From: Amphiscolops sp. MND2022
Lineage: Eukaryota
Direction of reading: 5' to 3'
Assembly (NCBI GenBank): GCA_964187785.1
Contig: OZ076421.1
Coordinates: 58,032,001 to 58,096,000 of the forward strand
Length of the DNA: 64,000 bases
Part shown: in pieces, positions 60,696-64,000 of the stretch
Numbering within the stretch: position 1 is the stretch's first letter
How the letters are laid out: each line of letters begins with the position of its first letter
Translations under genes and position numbers: made by a program
The notes under the pieces: generated by a model
The model's database searches: none
What the model saw: only the letters and a program-made list of their open reading frames with translations
What the model was told of the DNA's origin: nothing

Positions 60696-62247
60696 TTTCG
60701 CTTCACTAATTTGATTACACTTAAAATGTACGTGCAGGTTTGTAAAAGATTGATTCTTTTTTCATATTTTTACAGTAAAGTGACATTTGTTCAACTTCAT
60801 TTTTGCCGATGAAGTCCTAATGTGAACAAAATGGCGCCTTAGAGATTTTAGATCTGCAATCTCGAATTTTCAGTGAATATAATTTTTACGGCAAGTTTCG
60901 GCATCTCACTGAATCGTCCATCCAAAGTTTTGAATTAGGTCATCAAATATTTATATCGTTCCTGGGAAAAAGCGTCCCAATCAAAATGTTTTGTGGCGAT
61001 AACGCTTAAATTGCCAAATTTCGCTCGGATTTGGATTATATTATTTATGAATAAAATAATTTCTGACTCGTGTCTTTTCAATTTCGTGAAGTTACGTCGA
61101 ATTTCTGTGTCTTCTAGTTCATGTCTTTCTTCTCGTTCATCATTGAAACGAAGTTTCCAGCTACAGAATATTTCACTAAATTGATATCGAGTTTTTCAGA
61201 TAACTTAAAACGAATTAAACGTTCAATTTTATTGTCTTTGTTATTGGACAAATTGCAATTTTTTAATTCGTTTTTTAAGTTATCTGAAAGACTCGAAGTC
61301 AATGTGAGCTTCAACAGTGACCAAAATAATTGATCTTTTGAAAAATCATTGACGTTGAACTTCCTGCGTGAATAATTTCCACTGTTCACAACGATAATTC
61401 TCACCTCTGAGATATTAACACATTGGAAATTTTAACTTGAAGTTTGTAGTGAAATGAATTCACACCGGAAGTGAAGTTCAACTCCCGCTTGAATTGGAGC
61501 GAATTTGGGCAGAACAACCTTCCATAGCATTGCCACAATTCGCTAGTCCGTCTTAAACATGGGAGAAGGGACACCGTTAAAAGCTGATTCTTCTGCGCAA
61601 ACTCAAGTTAGACTGTCAGTTTTTTCTTCAAAAAAATGTTGAAATTACAGGAAAAGTTTTTTCTAAAATCCTTCCGAAAAAAACATTGCAATGTAATCAT
61701 TGGAATATTCTGCAGTACGGGTGAAACCTGAAATTCGTTGCTTTCCCACATTCTTGTTGGGTATATCAAGTTGAAAAAATTCACATCTTTTGCAAAATTC
61801 CTAAAAAAAATCAAGTTCTTTTAAGAAAAAGCATCATTAGAGACTAACTCAGATTTTTGTGAAATTTGCGAATTTCAGCTGAAAATGGTACAAAAATGCA
61901 TAAAGTTCACAAACCCCCAAATTTGCATCGTTCGACTAGGAGAATATAAAAAAAGTCGGTGCTAGCTTGGTACCATCTCCAAACTCTCAACCTTAGCTTT
62001 TCGCAACAAAATGATCTCATCTCTGTTATAACCGTTTCTCGCTCAAAAAAGACAGTTAAAGTCCGAAAAACTTTGATATCTTGATATTTCGTTGAAAAAA
62101 GTTTTCAGAATCTTGTAAGAAAGACACTTACAAACTTTGCTATTCTTGTACAAACTTGTGAGATTATCGTAGAAATGCATAATTTGCAAACGCAAAATTT
62201 GTGATTTCTGAAAACTAGTGTATACTGACAACTTTTTCCTTTTTCAG

Positions 62248-62349
62248 CGCAGCAGCAAAAATAAAAGCAAAGGAAAGCATGTAAATGTGAGTGCCTATGT
62301 TGGTCACTATGCGCCCGCAAGAATCGTCTGTCCCCATTGCAATCAACAG
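62248..62349 (+). CDS. Internal exon of a LITAF-domain protein (first CxxC knuckle)
   Basis: Strong acceptor TTTTTCCTTTTTCAG; reads ...HYAPARIVCPHCNQQ; phase-0 donor CAG|GTGATT. Confidence 0.65.
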
Positions 62350-64000
62350 GTGATTTACATAGTCATGTTATTAAATTATCATTCGGTTTTGTCTTTTTAG
62401 TCGGCGCTTTTCTAGTGAAAAGTGCCCGACTCTTACAGTGGCTAGTTTTATTTTAGGAGTCGGAAAAAATTTTCGACTACTTATGCAATCGTGCTGTTTT
62501 TTTGTTTTTTTTTCTCCCGACCTTTTCATGAAAAATTCAAATTTCTCAAAAACTGTCCATACGATTTTCACGAAATTTTGCACAGTCATTCTACATTTCG
62601 ATTTTCTGAAAAACTGTCAATACGATTCGAACGAAATTTTCTACAGTTATTCTACACCATGTTAGAGTCCTATATGTGCAATGGCATCAAAATCGTATGG
62701 CTGGCATGTGAGAAACATAGCCAAAACTAGCCCAAAAATGGCCAAAAAACAGCCATTTTTCGACTTTTTTCGATTTTCTCTAAAACTGTCCATACGATTC
62801 AGTTTTTTTTCTATCAAACTCATCACGTTCTAGTTCACTTAAAGCAGTTTTGTTTAAAAACGCTCCTTAAAGGTCACAAAATGATAGTCTGAGGTTAGCT
62901 TAAAATGGATTCACTTCTTCACCGTGTTTTGACTTGTTTGCCAGAAGTTCTGGTCACTAAATTATTCACTCTCAATTGAGGAAAAATCGACGTTTCCAGA
63001 AACAAGGAAAAAAGAACTACGATAGGTTTGGATCTGGTTCAATATAGAATACCGTCATTCAATCGCTCATCATCAATCCGCACTTTTGAGCACCGATTTC
63101 AGGTCATAGTTAAAGTTCCATCAAGTAAAACGGTCAATCAACCGCTACGGTTCTTTTATTCGTCAATTCTCTTGATAGATTTTGTTCGCGGCCTTGAAAT
63201 TGTGGAGCTGAGAAATCGGAATCTTAGGAAAAAGTTAGTTACGTTTAGAAATGCTTTTCGGAAATAATGAAACAATGTTTGGATTGGTTCGGATATATCA
63301 AAGATGGCGTTTGCTAAGATCTCTAGAACTAGGTTAAAACAAAATGTATGTAATCACAATTGTGTCCCAGGGGGTGCCGGTTGGTGTCGTGTCATCTGCT
63401 AAAATTTGCTTGATATCAACATCGTGGATTCTCTTTATGTAATGCCGAAATCTTTCGGTCCAATCATTGGGTGTGTATTCCCATCAAATCCTGTGTCTTC
63501 CAAATATGGTAATCGTATGTTTCTTGTAGCCGTCATCGGTGGTTGGTTCATCGGTAAAAAGGTTCTGTACACTTCAGAAGAGATGTGAATCTTGCTACTG
63601 CGTCATGTTAGGATTTCTAACCTAGGAAAAAAAACAATATTGTATGCAGATCTTTATTTAATGTAATCTATCGTAGTTTTCTACATAAATGGTATACGAA
63701 GTCATGAAACATAAATTAGACACAAGTCTAATGAGAGTTTGTTTACAATCAACCTAAAAAACTCTCTGTTTGCAGCAGTTTTGACGGAGATTGTCAGTTT
63801 GACATCTGCATCTCACATTCCCTTCCAGATAAATTTGATTGTATGGGGTTGTTTGGGTTTTCGATTCGGTATTTCAAGGCTTATTGAAATTTCTCCAGTA
63901 TTGTCCGTACCTTACGGTTCATCGGATCTTCAGTGTTGTTTATCTGCGCCTGGTTTCTCTGCAAAACACAGTTGTTATTTATTTTTGCTTTGTTATTGTC

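Noticed and set aside
60993-61404. Asn/Lys-rich minus-strand ORF as a LINE or host gene fragment
   Set aside because: No diagnostic motif; the composition matches AT-rich background.

Overview
Repeat-rich eukaryotic (animal-like) DNA with spliceosomal introns and one assembly gap (28557-29023). It is dominated by decayed LTR retrotransposons: (0) the right end of a probable very large LTR unit (1-5938) carrying a spliced hAT/zinc-finger-derived gene, an orphan ORF and a gag-like start; (1) a full-length 13.8-kb env-bearing Ty3/Gypsy element (10880-24677, 356-bp LTRs); (2) a full-length 18.4-kb env-bearing Ty3/Gypsy element with 3.5/2.7-kb LTRs (30444-48831), sitting in intron 1 of a catalytically substituted trypsin-like gene; (3) a 5'-truncated Gypsy on the minus strand (53943-~59150); and a BEL/Pao remnant (~25409-27660). 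Host pieces are the serine-protease homolog and two LITAF-domain exons. The main result is the virus-like accessory cargo. Both full elements carry related class I fusion-type env genes. Element 1 hides an antisense four-exon gene for an integrase-type H2C2 zinc domain fused to an OTU-like protease. Element 2 has a TARG1-like macrodomain inside pol, an antisense H2C2-only ORF inside its LTR and an intact orphan ORF after env. All translations, alignments and counts were done by hand; no database search was run. The supplied ORF track uses non-ATG starts and misses spliced genes.
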